Source: Octopus vulgaris (taxonomy: Eukaryota). Taken from it: a stretch of 64,000 nucleotides of DNA. The translations under genes and the position numbers were made by a program. Shown here one piece after another: positions 23,486-36,642 of this stretch. Under the pieces are notes generated by a model that did not search any database, was not told the DNA's origin, and saw only the letters and a list, made by a program, of their open reading frames with translations. The DNA lies in the NCBI GenBank assembly GCA_951406725.2, contig OX597818.1:114700001-114764000 (forward strand). The letters run 5' to 3'. How positions within the stretch are numbered: position 1 is the stretch's first letter; the number at the start of each line of letters is the position of its first letter.

Positions 23486-25584
23486 GCACATATGTACATA
23501 TAGATAGTAAAGTATGGATGTGGGTTTCTTCTAGCAGAGTTGAGAAAAGCAGTGAATCTGTTTGGTTATCTTCGTACCGGGCAACTAAAATACAATTCTT
23601 AACAACGTATGCACCAAATTACATTACGATGTTAAACTCATCATATTTACTTAGTTGTGATGAGAAAACATTCTTTACTCTTTGGACAAGAACCATGTAA
23701 AATGTCCTATTCGATTATCATGATTTCCTTAACTAATTCTCGGCAACATATTCTGTGTTTGCTTTCCAGTGCTATCACGAAAACCACATTATTTGTTTTC
23801 GAAATCTTTTTTTTTTTCTAAAGGATTTTTTGGATTTTTTATTATTCTGGAATCTCTACATTTTTAGAAAATAAATACTGTTTGCATAGCATTTTTGATA
23901 TCTATTGTTTAAATTTTGTTTCGATTCGTATAAATATTGTCTCTCTTGATTTGATAGCAAAGACTTATTGCTAAATATATCGGGAATTCTGTGTTGTAAC
24001 CGTAATGCGTTTAAAAAATGCTTTATTGGTTTACCTAAGAGGAAATATTTCCAAATGCTCATCAAAAATGGCCTCCAATACAGGATCTTAATATTCATTT
24101 TAAGTTCCATATTTTCAAAACAACGGAGAACGCAAATGTCATCTGTCTAAATTGTAACTTCTAAAAAGGAATCAATTTTATAATTTGCCCTTCCCCATTA
24201 AGTATAAAGAAAATGAAACTTCAATCGACTCATCTACAATTAGCTTAAATGATCATTCTTTATCACTGATTTTCATAGATTTTACTTTTAAGAAAAATGA
24301 TAAATTACATAGGAAATTGAATAGAATTGTTAAAAGAAATGCAAATTATTCGACTATTTTCTTTTCATCATTCGTAGTTATGTTTTCCACTGAAGTTGAC
24401 TAGATCTACATAACATCTTGAAACTCATAAATTCTAACACTAATCACCTCTAGGGAATATTCGTATATTACACATTCAATATTTCTGTATAAAGTTGTGA
24501 AACCCACAAATTGTCCATGGCTGCATCGACAGCCAGGCAGTTGCTAGTTCATAAAACATTTGTTTCTATTTTATATAATTTCAGTTGTGTCTATAAGACA
24601 TAGACCCAATAGAAAAAAGCTATGCACGGGCAATCTTTTTGTTGGAAATAAGGGAAAAACCTTTCTGAATTATTTTTATAAAATGCCAACTCACTCATTG
24701 TATATATTTTATATAAAAAGTGTATGGCGGAAAATGATACAATTACGGTTAGAGTGTGTTGTTCATGTGTTTGATTGATCAGGACTTATCTGAGACTATA
24801 CAAGTACGACAGCATCGTTATAAGTCACTCTCACACCGACCTCTTCACCACTACGAATATAAAAACCAACAATACCAGTGATACCAGCGGTCACGTATTT
24901 CTGATATCACTCAATAGCGTTTAATATGAGGAAACAGATAAAGTACGTTTAAAATACAAATGTGGAATGTTTACAACTGAAACATCTTTGATCCTTGGTC
25001 TGTTCTTTCAATCATGGCTGAAAGAAAGTTAAACATCAAAATTCCCCTCATCCTCCTCACTCCTCCACCATTTCTACAATTTAACATCACCACCACCGCC
25101 ACCGCGACTATCACATCAATGTCACTATCACTTCAACCGTCACGCCATCATCTGTCAATATTTTTTCTTCTCATATCAATTCCTGCCGCCTTAAAAAAAA
25201 TGGAAGAACACATCAGATTATTCATTCAGCGATACCTTATCTCTAAAAAAGAAAACAGAATTGTAAAGGATTGCTCACCTTTGATCATAGGTCTGTTTGA
25301 ACAAGGATGACCTGTCGGCTTAACAGCAATGGCTGCAGGTAACAGATAACAAGCATTTCTGTAAAACATTATCCATGAAAGATTACCGTATTATCTTGAA
25401 GAGTTAATTATCTTCCAGCTACTTAACGATAAGCACTGGTTCTGTGGATGGAATGTGTGGAGGGAATAACTGATTTGTAGTAGTTAATCCATTTAACTCT
25501 CGGCATTGGCTAATATAATTAATTTGCACTTTACGTTAGTGAGCCACTCCGATTGTAATGCCAGTTCTAATATGTCGAAGCGTA

Positions 25585-25790
25585 TAGCGGTGATCCGGCA
25601 GAATCGTTACAGCACTGAACAAAATGCTTAGCGGCATTTTACGTTCTCAGTTCAAACTCCATCCGGGTCGAGTTGCCTTTCATCCTTTCTGGGCCGATAA
25701 AATAAGTACGACGTAGGCACTAGGGTCGATATAATCGACTTAGCTTCTGCCCCGAAATTGCTGGAGTTGAGCCAAAATTTCAAACAAATA
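25585..25790 (+). mobile_element. SINE family B, old diverged copy
   Basis: GGCAGAATCGTTA...AAATGCTTAGCGGCATTT...GCCTTTCATCCTTTC...GATAAAATAAGTAC. Confidence 0.75.
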
Positions 25791-26109
25791 TTACGTCTAA
25801 GCCTGAAGCCTATAACTTTTAGGTATTTCGGTATTACGAAAATTGCGCCTTCACTAGTTTCTCAGGTCGCTCTTCAGCGCTACTGATAACATGTAAGCCA
25901 GTACAACCTGTCGCATGGTCGGCTCGTCAGCGACTAAACTGGCAACCCCATCAAGCTTGCTTGGTGAGGAGGGTGATTTTTGGACACCATACTCATATTG
26001 ATATTGTGCGCTTGTACTTCACAGTCGAAGGGTGCTATGTGTTCATTTGCTACGAGTAAAAGTTTGCTCTAGCCGTATGCTTTTCTATTGTATTAACAAT
26101 CGTGTAGGC

Positions 26110-26285
26110 TTAGGCATGACCGTGTGGTAGGCAGTTTACTTCCCAATAAAATGACTCTGGTTCCAGTCTCAGTACGTGGAACCTTGGGCAAGTGTCTTTT
26201 ACTACAGCTCTGTGACAACCAAAGCCTTTAGAGTGGATTTGGTTGACGGAAACTAAGAAATTGCCAATTGCCGTCATCTATATGC

Positions 26286-26320
<35 letters not shown>

Positions 26321-26790
26321 TGTATAATAGAAAATTATTATCTGTAAATCTCTCAACGAGAGATATTCTGCAACAGTACTCTAGAGTAAAGATTATTTGC
26401 TAACATAACATGGCAGTCCTGGTTTAGGACGAATGTGCTGTAATTTAGCCCCAGGAGCCATCGTCTCCAGCTGGGTGTACGACAGCTGGAGACGATGGCT
26501 CCTGGGGCTAAATTACATCAACATTCGCCCTAAACCAGGACTGCCATATGCTGTCAAATAATATTTACTATATGTCTGTGTGTTTTGTGTTTCTGTTGTT
26601 TGTCCCCACCACCGCTTGACAACCGATGCCGGTTTGTTTACCTGCCTGGAACTTAACGGTTTTGCATACGAGTTCGATAGAATGAATACCAAGCTTAAGA
26701 AAATAAGTACTGGTGTCGATTTGTTCAACTAAACCTTTCATGGCGATGCCCCGGCACAGCTGCAGCAAGAGGTCCAAAAAAACAAAAGAG
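26110..26790 (+). mobile_element. SINE family A, diverged, split at its internal (TA)n by a ~250-bp insertion
   Basis: Head/body 26110-26260; 3' half (CCGCTTGACAACCGATG) resumes at ~26575. Confidence 0.75.
26410..26547. repeat. Fold-back hairpin, 64/65-bp arms, 9-nt loop
   Basis: 26410-26473 matches the reverse complement of 26483-26547; inner ~35 bp perfect. Confidence 0.93.
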
Positions 26791-27659
26791 TGAACGCTCT
26801 TTATAATATTTGTACATATGGTGTTGCTAAATTATGTACATTATAGATATGCCTATAAATACTCGAACATATTGGTCTGTGTCATAACAACCGAACCTAA
26901 ACTATTATTTAGGGATTGTCTCTGTTTTACATCTCCGTATTCTAGATTTGTCAGCATCAAGTTTTATTGCTTATTTTATTGCGGAAATGACTGAGCTAGG
27001 AGGCGATTAGTTATTACTTTGTTGTGACAGTAAGGTACCAGAAATCGTAAATTAGATTTTGTTCAATTTTGTTTTGTAGACAAGAAGAATGTAAACTATC
27101 AAGAATGAAGAGTAGAAGCTCAGACAAGAATGCGGGAAAGGATATGAGGTGCACTTCTCTCAAAAGAGTTTTCCCTCATTAAAATTCAAACCTGATCTCC
27201 ACTACAAACACCACCACTACCACCTCTATCACCACAAATACTGTTACCAACAAAAATAGCAACGACAACAGCTCAATTACCCCAGCACCCATCATCATCA
27301 CGACGGTCACATATGCTATTGATGATAGGGACAGGAACAATATTAGAAATACCTTCACAAAAATAGTCGCGGCTGCCGCTTCTGGATGATGTTAAAGAAG
27401 AAAGGTTGTTACGTGTAATGGCAAAAGTAGCTTAAAGATTTGGCACAAGACCAGCAATTTGGTAGGAGAAGGGGGTTGATCGATTACATCGACCCTTTCC
27501 CCCCAGTGAGCAACTGGTACTTAATTCATCGACCCCGAAAGAGTGAAAGGCAAAGCAACTCACGACAGATGCACGAATGTCGCTAAGCATCACTTCCATG
27601 GTGATTATAAACACCATGTAAAACAACATTTAGAATAGCGTCTCCTGCAATGGTTATCA

Positions 27660-28071
27660 GTACGCAGCGATTGTCACAAACGAAACAACATAAAGGGACT
27701 GGAATATGTCATATGCATTGTAGATATTCCACATGAGAAATTTCACGAAGAGTCTTCTTGGCCAGCGACAATGGCGTCTTTTCTTGTAAAGTTTCGTCAT
27801 ATGATGGTTCTTATCTGTTCCTCCCATGCTCATGTATTTTTTCACCAAGGAAGGCATAAAACTTTGTATTTCAGATCCATCTTTGTTCCTCCTTGAAACA
27901 ACTTGGCTTAGATCATGGCAGCTGGAGATGAAATGGATGGGTTTGCGGTCCATTGGATAAAAATAAATCGTCGTATTTAGTGTTGATGCACTCCACCGGT
28001 AGAGCGGTGCTACGGTATAGAGAAAAGCAGCCAGCCACCGGTAAACCGGTGTTACGGGCTCAGAGGGTTAA
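27660..28071 (-). mobile_element. piggyBac deletion derivative (one terminus fused to a C-terminal transposase fragment)
   Basis: Peptide MGGTDKNHHMTKLYKKRRHCRWPRRLF..NIYNAY resembles the piggyBac MGGVD..W..NAY region; minus-strand end TTAA-CCCT at 28071-28064. Confidence 0.7.
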
Positions 28072-28279
28072 GAGATCGTGCAGGTGTGCTTATAACCCCT
28101 ACTTTTCTCTTTGTCTCAAGTACCCGTATAAAATCTCCCTCCAGATGACGGTGCCACGCACTTTGAGGAAAACTGATAAAAACTTCGAGAAAGAATACAG
28201 CGTAAATTAGTCAATCGATAAGTATGCGGAGAATACACTGGACATAAGTGTAGTGAAAAATTGTTATACGACTTTAAAA

Positions 28280-28990
28280 TGTTTGTGGCTGCATATAAGG
28301 AAGTGAGGCTTATTGGTGCAATGAAAATATTCAACGGTGAAAGCAGGCAAGCAAAAAGGGATATCAGTAGGACTTTGAAAACTATGTTGCGTGACCGGAT
28401 GGGAATTCTATGAGATAATTAACAGCTATAAAATGAGAGGAACAATGTAGTTCCTAGAAGCATAGAACACTAAAGGACTTCACATGAATAACTGATTATA
28501 GGCTTTCACATAAATGAGCGATTAGAATAGAAATTCTTAAATTAAAAGAACATAGGATAATATGAAGAATATTTAAACACGCGTGGCAAACTTGATATAA
28601 ATTGTCAAACATCATTTTTGTGAATGAAGCCAGAATCACGAAAGGGATATTAAAATTGTGTCAATAAAGGAGTAAAGACATTGACAAGATTATAAAAAGA
28701 AAAAGTTTCACTAGATGTGAACTTCAAAAACCAACAGAAGAACGAAGATGGATGTTATTAAAAATGAATATTTTATGAATGTATGTGATTATACAATAGG
28801 AACAGATGTAATATTCGTACACAGATCAGACAGGATCATATCAGAAAGAAAGAAATGTATGTACTGTCATAAATATTTCACAAGCTTGTTATTGTATAAT
28901 CAAAGGAATAATGATAAAAATATTTGGTTATCATTTTTGCTTAGAGAGATGAGTGACAGAAACAATATAGGGAGAAACCACGACTTAGGG
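28280..28990 (+). mobile_element. Possible very decayed LINE ORF2 remnant
   Basis: A-rich coding-like strand bias; only weak motif resemblance. Confidence 0.25.
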
Positions 28991-29131
28991 GTTACTTGAG
29001 TAGAAAGCATTATTGCATCAAAATATTGAGTTATTGTCAAACTGGCTTTTCGTGTTTTAGTTAGGAGGAAAGGCAATTCCCATGATTATTTACAGTACCC
29101 CAGAAAGGTGGCAGGGAAGATGTAGTGTATG

Positions 29132-29548
29132 TATTTCTTTATTTCCCACAAGGGGCTATACATAAAGGGGACAAACAAGGACAGACATAGGTATTAAGTC
29201 GATTATATCGACCCCAGTGCGTAACTGGTACTTAATTTATCGACTCTTAACGGATGAAAGGCAAAGTCGACCTCGGCGGAATTTGAACTCAGAACGTAGC
29301 GACAGACGAAATACCTATTTCTTTACTACTCACAAGGGGATAAACACAGAGGGGACAAACAAGGACAGACAAACATATTAAGTCAATTATATCGACTCCA
29401 GTGCGTAACTGGTACTTATTTAATCGACCCCGAAAGGATGAAAGGCAAAGTCGACCTCGGCGGAATTTGAACTCAGAACGTAACGGCAGACGAAATACGG
29501 CTACGCATTTCGCCCGGCGTGCTAACGTTTCTGCCAGCTCGCCGCCTT
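29132..29548 (-). mobile_element. SINE family B, dimeric
   Basis: ~185-bp unit duplicated; junction GACGAAATAC|CTATTTC at 29314/29315. Confidence 0.92.
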
Positions 29549-29828
29549 ACAACATTCCTTAGATACCGTTAAATCCGATTTGGCACTGTTACAATATGTT
29601 TATAAACACACTTACGTCCACAAATATGTACAAATGACGAGTGTTGGAAGAATTTGATAAAGTACGTTTCGTTTCATTCACTTCACTATAAGAGGCGGCT
29701 GTAATTTTCTAACAATGTCTCAAGATTGTATTATTCGGAATTGCAAAACTCACGAGTAGCTCATTTAGTGAATGAAACAATATCGATGAAGTTTGTTTAT
29801 CTTATCATAAATCTTGATTTCTGACAAT

Positions 29829-29877
<49 letters not shown>

Positions 29878-29932
29878 TTAAAGAAGAAGAAGAAGAAGAA
29901 GAAGAAGAAGAAGAAGAAGAAGAAGAAGAAGA
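29829..29932. repeat. (TAA)n-(GAA)n compound repeat
   Basis: Directly visible. Confidence 0.95.
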
Positions 29933-30599
29933 CAATATTAAAATATTTATTATGGCGTTAAGAAAACATAAGACGAGAAACATGAAGGAGAGAAATAAAA
30001 GCTGTAGGAGAACAATGTGCGATTGTTAGAAGGCAAACGATAAAATCTAATTAGAAAAATCACAAATTTCTTACAGTAAGTCGTGAAGTAGTAATACGAA
30101 ATATACAAAATAGTCACACGTTCTTATGACAACCAATCAACTATATTTTTCTGTCGGCTTTGCCTAAAGACAACTGAAATAACATTTCTCCATTGACATA
30201 TCAGGAGTAATCAATTTAACTGTTTCATCCTGAAGAGATGTTGTGCTTGCAATACGGCATCAGAAGTAGTACAAAAAGCTTCACAATATTTCAAATTTCA
30301 AAATGGTTTCCAGCTATTGTGTTGATATTTTACCCAGCAAAATATACCTTGTCATGAATACCTAAATATGGCAATTGGCATTTAGAAGAAAGTAATTCCA
30401 GCATCATTATGTTTCATCTTCTGCCTGCCTGATCTAGTATCAGTGTAACGAACATCAACTTTTGGTTCTTGTTTGTCATACCCAGATAGTTCTCCATCTT
30501 AAAATATGATTTAGATAAAAAAAGGTAAATAAAATTATGTACATCTAAAACATTATGTATATCTAAAAGGTAATATTCCGTATTCAATATCCTACATCT

Positions 30600-30800
30600 T
30601 ACTAGGGGTGGGGCTGAAAAGTAACTGGCTTTAAGGGTATCGTGAAAGGCTTGTTTGGAGGTCCAACCTTCCGAGTTATTTTCAGGGCTTAACAAAAATG
30701 AAGGAGCGCTGCAATAAGTGTGTGAATCTGAGAGGGGAATAAGCTGAATAGAATCATAATTAACTGATCCTCCTGCTCAAAGCCAGGGATTTTTCAGCAT
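30600..30800 (+). mobile_element. Mariner-derived MITE
   Basis: TIR-like GCTGAAAAGTAACTGGCTTT / AAAGCCAGGGATTTTTCAGC; internal RCNKCVNLRGE resembles a mariner transposase C-terminus. Confidence 0.7.
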
Positions 30801-30891
30801 ATATGTTACCTAATTTCTTCCACTAAGAGCCAGGTTGCTTGAAGAATGGATCTATAGACCACATCGACAAAATTATCCACTCTCTATATGC

Positions 30892-31122
30892 CTATTTCTT
30901 TACTACCCACAAGGGGCTAAACACAGAGGGGACAAACAAGCACAGACAAACGGATTAAGTCGATTATATCAACCCCAGTGCGTAACTGGTACTTATTTAA
31001 TCGACCTCGTAAGGATGAAGGGCAAAGTCGACCTCGGCGTAATTTGAACTCAGAACGTAGCGGCAGACGAAATAACGCAAAGCATTTCGCCCGGCGTGCT
31101 AACGTTTCTAAAAGCTCGCCGC
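30892..31122 (-). mobile_element. SINE family B, monomer
   Basis: Full-length similarity to 29315-29548. Confidence 0.9.
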
Positions 31123-32479
31123 TCACTCTCTACTTGCCATGAATCTGCTTGATCGTGATAACCCGAATTTACATAATAACAACCACAAGAATTAACTAGT
31201 ATCACTTCAAACTATACATCAACAATACAAATATTCCTTAAGCTTCTTGGCCTTCGATTTCAAGAGGGTTCGTAGAAAATATGTTTGATGCATTTCCTGC
31301 ATAATTAACCTTATACTTTTACAGTTTTACAGTTTTACAGTTTTGGGAAAGTTGTTAAATATTTAGAATGTACAATCTAACAGAGATTCCTAAATCCATT
31401 GTATTACATATTCTAAAAGCTATATTATTGACAAGAAATGAACGTCCAAATAACATGTCTCTTATAAATAATTCCTCACATTTCTTTAGACTTAAAATAA
31501 TGTTTTCTTTCTGTAAGAAGACAGATTTCGATAGAAATATATGACCCTACGAGGTTTAACTTAATTTATTGTATTGATGACATGAAATAAAAATCGGCAT
31601 TCGATATGCATGGGTTTTCTTATAAATGTCCTCAACGGGAGAGTAGAATTAAATAAACAATGTATCCAAACTGATGAAACTGATATCGAAGCATAGGATA
31701 AAGTAAAACCTAGAAAGTAAAAATAAAATGAAAAGAGCAACGTAAGAAGACATACTAAAATCTTTAAGAGAATACTCAGGGTAAATAGAGATAAAAAAAT
31801 TTTGTTGGTTTTGAAAATAATGGCCTTAAGAGAACAGAGACTGACCAAAGTTATTCTATAAAATGTATACAGAAGGATACAAAAGAATTAATTCAATCAA
31901 AATAAAAAGTAATTCTACAAGAAACGGTTCAGTTATATTGGAATCCTAATCTTTGACAAAGAAAATAAATATGAAACAAAATAGTATCAAGTTATATAAT
32001 TATGCTCTTTTCAATTTTTCTATTCCTGCCTGCAACTTCAGTTTCATAGAAGATGATAAATTTTTTTCTCAAACTCAACTCTGAGGAAAGTTGCAAATGT
32101 GTCAATGCTGAATCTGAGATTCGAATTGTATTCAAATCGAAAATTGCTTTTTATATGTTATACTGAATATCGATTCGATTCCTTTTTACGCTTCATACCA
32201 TCAGGTCTTACTTAGAGTAATCAAAATATCTTAGTTTTATCATTTTTAAACCGGAAAACTAAATTAATATCTGCTACATTTTGGTAACATGTTTTAAAAT
32301 CCGATAGTATAAGAAAATGAATAACTGTGAAATAAATAAAATGTTATAAAACAATAACCAGCTATATCTTATGGAAACGAAACGGTAGATGCCTGATGAG
32401 TATGAAAGGGATGGTTAAAATAGATATTGTTTTTGTCGCTGTAATACTGTCATCAGGTCGTTGAATGCCTTTACAGGAA

Positions 32480-32830
32480 TCCACTGTCACTGCAACATTC
32501 GGACTAGAATCTTGTTTATCTCCTTGCTCAATTTTTTTTCTGCCTGGTGTTCAGAGCATATATTGACTGCATCGATCTTTCGAGTGTGGTAGAACCTGTC
32601 GTACCAGTCTGTGGATATGAACGCTGCCTTTCCTCGCCTGGTTAAATTATGTAAAAAAGTGTATCTTTCAAGTTCACACGAGAACTCACTTTTTGGAATT
32701 GTGGAATATAATAAATACAATGAAAAGCAAACAAAGAAACCAATCGGTAGAGAAAAAAGAACATGGAATAAAGAGTGTAAATATAACGGTGTAAATAGGT
32801 TGATCATCAGAAGCAGTAATGAACAGTTAG
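32480..32830 (+). mobile_element. Possible hAT transposase C-terminal (dimerisation) remnant
   Basis: AFPRLVKLCKKVYLSSS followed, in another frame, by NTMKSKQRNQ, resembling FP.L..L....L...SS..ER.FS.M...K..RN. Confidence 0.4.
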
Positions 32831-32972
32831 GTTAGAGGACAAGTTTGAGATGTTCAGTTAAGTTACTCATGATTTGCTATAGTAGCCGCATCACAAATAC
32901 ATTGGCGCGCGCGATTGCACACACACACGCAACGCGCTGTCGTAAGCAACGCACACGTAAGCAAGGCATATG

Positions 32973-33394
32973 GGATCTTTTCGGTTTGAACGGCAGTTTT
33001 TTTTAATAATTTGCACGTAACTAAACACTTTTAAACTTCATATACTGGTAGAATGTGTTTATAAAACATCATTTTCTCTTGGCTTTATTGAGAAAATTCT
33101 ATAGTTTGTAAGATATTTGTTGTTGTTTTATCTTCATTTTCTGCAATTTCAACCAATCAATGACGTCTATTCAGGTGAAAACATTCTATGCCGTATGAAT
33201 ATGTCCCTCGTTTAAGAAACAGATTGAGTTTATTTACATTTCTGAAGAAAAAAAGATACCCTTTCCCCCCCCACCCCCTAACCCTAACCCTAAAACAGAT
33301 TGAAATGCAGTAGATCGATACTAGGGTCATAATTATGTGTGACAGTTTCATATGATACCGCTAGAAAAAACTGCCGTTCTAACCGAAAAGATCC
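32973..33394. mobile_element. MITE, 422 bp, ~30-bp TIRs, 8-bp TSD
   Basis: TIR GGATCTTTTCGGTTTGAACGGCAGTTTTT / AAAAACTGCCGTTCTAACCGAAAAGATCC; TSD GGCATATG at 32965-32972 and 33395-33402. Confidence 0.92.
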
Positions 33395-33412
33395 GGCATA
33401 TGAGTATATAGT

Positions 33413-33689
33413 GAAGGCACGTGACTTTGTGATTAGGGCATTCGGTTCACGGTCGTAAGACCATGAGTTCAATTCCCGGTGAGGCGTTGTGTCCTTGAGC
33501 AAGACACTTTATTTCACGTTGCTCCAGTCCATTCAGCTGGTAAAATTTAGTAGTACCTGTATTTCAAAGGTCCAGCTTTGTCACACTATGTGTCACGCTG
33601 AATGCCCCGAGAACTACGTTAAGGTTACACGTGTCTGTGGAGTGCTCAGCCACTTGCACGTTAATTTCACGAGCAGGCTGTTCCGTTGA
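33413..33689 (+). mobile_element. tRNA-derived SINE: family C 3' half with a different (CORE/V-like) middle
   Basis: Head GTGATTAGGG..GAGTTCAATTCCC; middle GTCCTTGAGCAAGACACTT; 3' half GTACCTGTATTTCAAAGG..CACTTGCACGTTAATTTCACGAGCAGG. Confidence 0.8.
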
Positions 33690-33898
33690 AAATATACTTT
33701 CTTCTTATACTATTCTCTTTCCCTTCCTAATCATTTACCTGTTAAACGTACGTGCACTGAGCATTATTATCATTTCACATAGCATCACCGATCTCAGAAA
33801 AACAACTTGACAAAAACTGTACAAATAACCAAAGCAAACCCAAATGTTAAAGAGTCCAACGAAAGCTAGCAGGCCGAAACTTCGATGTCACTCGATCC

Positions 33899-33933
<35 letters not shown>

Positions 33934-34125
33934 CTATCTGTCTATCTCTCTCTCTCTCTCTCTCTCTACCTCTCCATCTCTCTTCTCTCTCTCTCATATA
34001 AATTTATTTTCTCGATCTATCTATGTATCTGTCTACCTATTCATCTTCTTTCTGTGTATATATATATCATAATTAGTATGTGCATATATGTGTGTGTGTG
34101 TGTGCGTGCGCGCGCGTGTATAATC

Positions 34126-34178
<53 letters not shown>

Positions 34179-35016
34179 TGACTGTATATTGATAGATAGC
34201 TAGATGGATAGATAGATAGGTAGGTAGGTAGTAGTAGATAGGTACGTAGGTAGTAGATAGGTAGGTTGGTAGGTAGATAAATAGATATCACGACTCCACA
34301 GTTTCATTTGTCATATATTTTCTAAACTTTGTGAAAGAAAACACATCCTACACATGCTTTCTAATATTTTATTTGTTTATTTTACCTATTTTTTCTTCTC
34401 TAAATTCTTGGAATGACTCAATATTCATGAAATATTATTTGCCGCAATATGAACATTCAATAATATGCATAAATTTGCGAATGTGTAATAAAATGCTGTT
34501 TTTCTTAATTACGATGTCCTTTTTAAATATAGATTTGATGACATGTGCATTAATTCACTGGAATATTTAATATCTTATTAATTTACAAAATTCAAATTGT
34601 AAATATACGCTAAATCGCTTTATGATATTATAAGTAGCACTATTATTAAACTAATATTACATAATAGATTTTTATAACTTTTCTTATGGAATCTGAATTT
34701 CGTGACAATAGATAGACAACAAGGAAATAATATGAAGGAAATATGATTAAACTGTATGAATGAAAGCAACAAATAATGGATTATAATGGAACAGCTTGTC
34801 ATTTAGGAATTTGAATGTAGCAGATTACATGATGAGAAATGCTATACATTCTTGTTCCAGTCATATAACGTATGATTAACTTTTGTAATGCTTATTCTTT
34901 ACGTGATTCTATAAAACAAATAATAGGTTTAAATTTAAGAAAATTCATTTCCCTTAAACGAGCATAAATTAGCGCCATTGCAGTTAAAGTTCTGTTATCT
35001 CTATCTCTCTCTCTCT

Positions 35017-35070
<54 letters not shown>

Positions 35071-35884
35071 CATGGAAATAACGGATTCCAAATCGTATAG
35101 AGGAAATCATTGTCTCATTAATCAATGAATGATTATCGTTAGACTTCGTTTTAGATTATTTTACTATAGAACTCTATTTTCTATTTGATGTGAGCTGTAA
35201 CTAAACAGACTCATGCTTAAATATTCTCCAACTGAATTCTTCAAGTCTTACATCAGAGTTAGTCTTGCCCGCCAGAATGGAACTGAGCCAATGCTGTTGC
35301 TTCTGGAGAGATGTTGAACATACAGAAAAAGAATAAAACGCTGCAGATGATTCCTGAGCGAAAAGACACTCATATTTGAGAACCTAAATAAATTTTCAGA
35401 TTAATTAGATTTCAAATGAGCAATCATTCTTAAATGTCTCCACTTCCAGAATATCGTCTGAAATATCAAAGGATTATACTGCTATACTGAATACATCAAT
35501 AACCTGCCATATTGGATGCATTAATCAATATTTAAACCATTTTGATAGGGTCCACATTTCTTGACGATCGGCAACATGATGTCAAATGAAATCGCATTGT
35601 TTTATTGCTTTTTCTTCATTTCAAATTCCAGAATGGAAACCTATCATTGAAGTATCGTTATACATATTCAAAGCTCGCCATAGCTATGTAGTGTTCACCC
35701 ATGCGCTAATAACTGATTTGGTGGAAGTGACTTTCGGCTTGTAGATAACCGTTCTAGTTCTTTGTAACTGATTAAGTGAGAATGCATTTGTTATTAGCTT
35801 CGACAAATCTGTTGAGTTTGTGTATCAATATTTTTTTCATGTCGCGCTACAGCTGTAACTCATCAATATTATTTGCATAAAATG

Positions 35885-36100
35885 TAAGGCGGTGCGCTGG
35901 CTGATTATTTAGGGTGCCGGGCAAAATGCTTAGCGACATTTGGTCCATCCTTTCGTTGAGAGTTCAAATACCGCCGAGGTCGACTTCACTTTTTGTCCTT
36001 TCGAACTCGATGAAATAAGCACCAGATGAACACTGAGGTCGATGTGATCATCCTATACTTTCCCCTGAATTTACTGGCCTTGTGCCAAATTTTGAAACCA
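35885..36100 (+). mobile_element. SINE family B, diverged
   Basis: AAGGCGGTGCGCTGG..GAGTTCAAATACCGCCGAGGTCGAC. Confidence 0.8.
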
Positions 36101-36642
36101 ATATCACTTGCGTTAAATAGCTAACTGAATCAATAGTTAGAATCATTTTGTTGCTTATAAGGGATCCTGGCAGCAATGTTTTTGAATACTAGGTGTTGGG
36201 AACTTTAGAATTAGATAAAGACTCTAATTTATAGATTCATTACAAATACAGACCGAAATCTCACGACAAAGCTTTACCAGGAAATGCTCGAATAAAATCT
36301 TTGTTATAATTAAAACGTGATGAAAAAGGTACAGGGGTCGATCTAGTTGATTAAAACGCTTGGAGCCGATACGCTAGTATGGCTCCTATCTGATAATTAA
36401 GACTAGAAAATATAATAAATTTTCCGTATTCTCACCAAGTCTTAATATAATCAATGATTTCATTATATTATTTTCTTTTCTGATAACGCTTACTCTAGAA
36501 ATTACGGTGTGCATTTCAATTGATTCTATACAGTAGTGTATAGCAGGCCTGCATTATTTACATTCAAACTACCCAATAGAGTATTTAATTAAGAAAAGTT
36601 AATGTGCGGTTTGAAGGTTAATTTGGGTGTAAATTGTTAGCA

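Noticed and set aside
25860-25990. GC-rich segment ending GGTGAGGAGGG, considered as a twister or HDV-like ribozyme
   Set aside because: The required pairings and conserved nucleotides could not be assembled by eye.
35200-35880. Coding-like non-repetitive stretch (also 23850-24420, 30100-30590, 46300-46760)
   Set aside because: No long open frame and no motif I can assign with confidence; probably ancient transposon debris.
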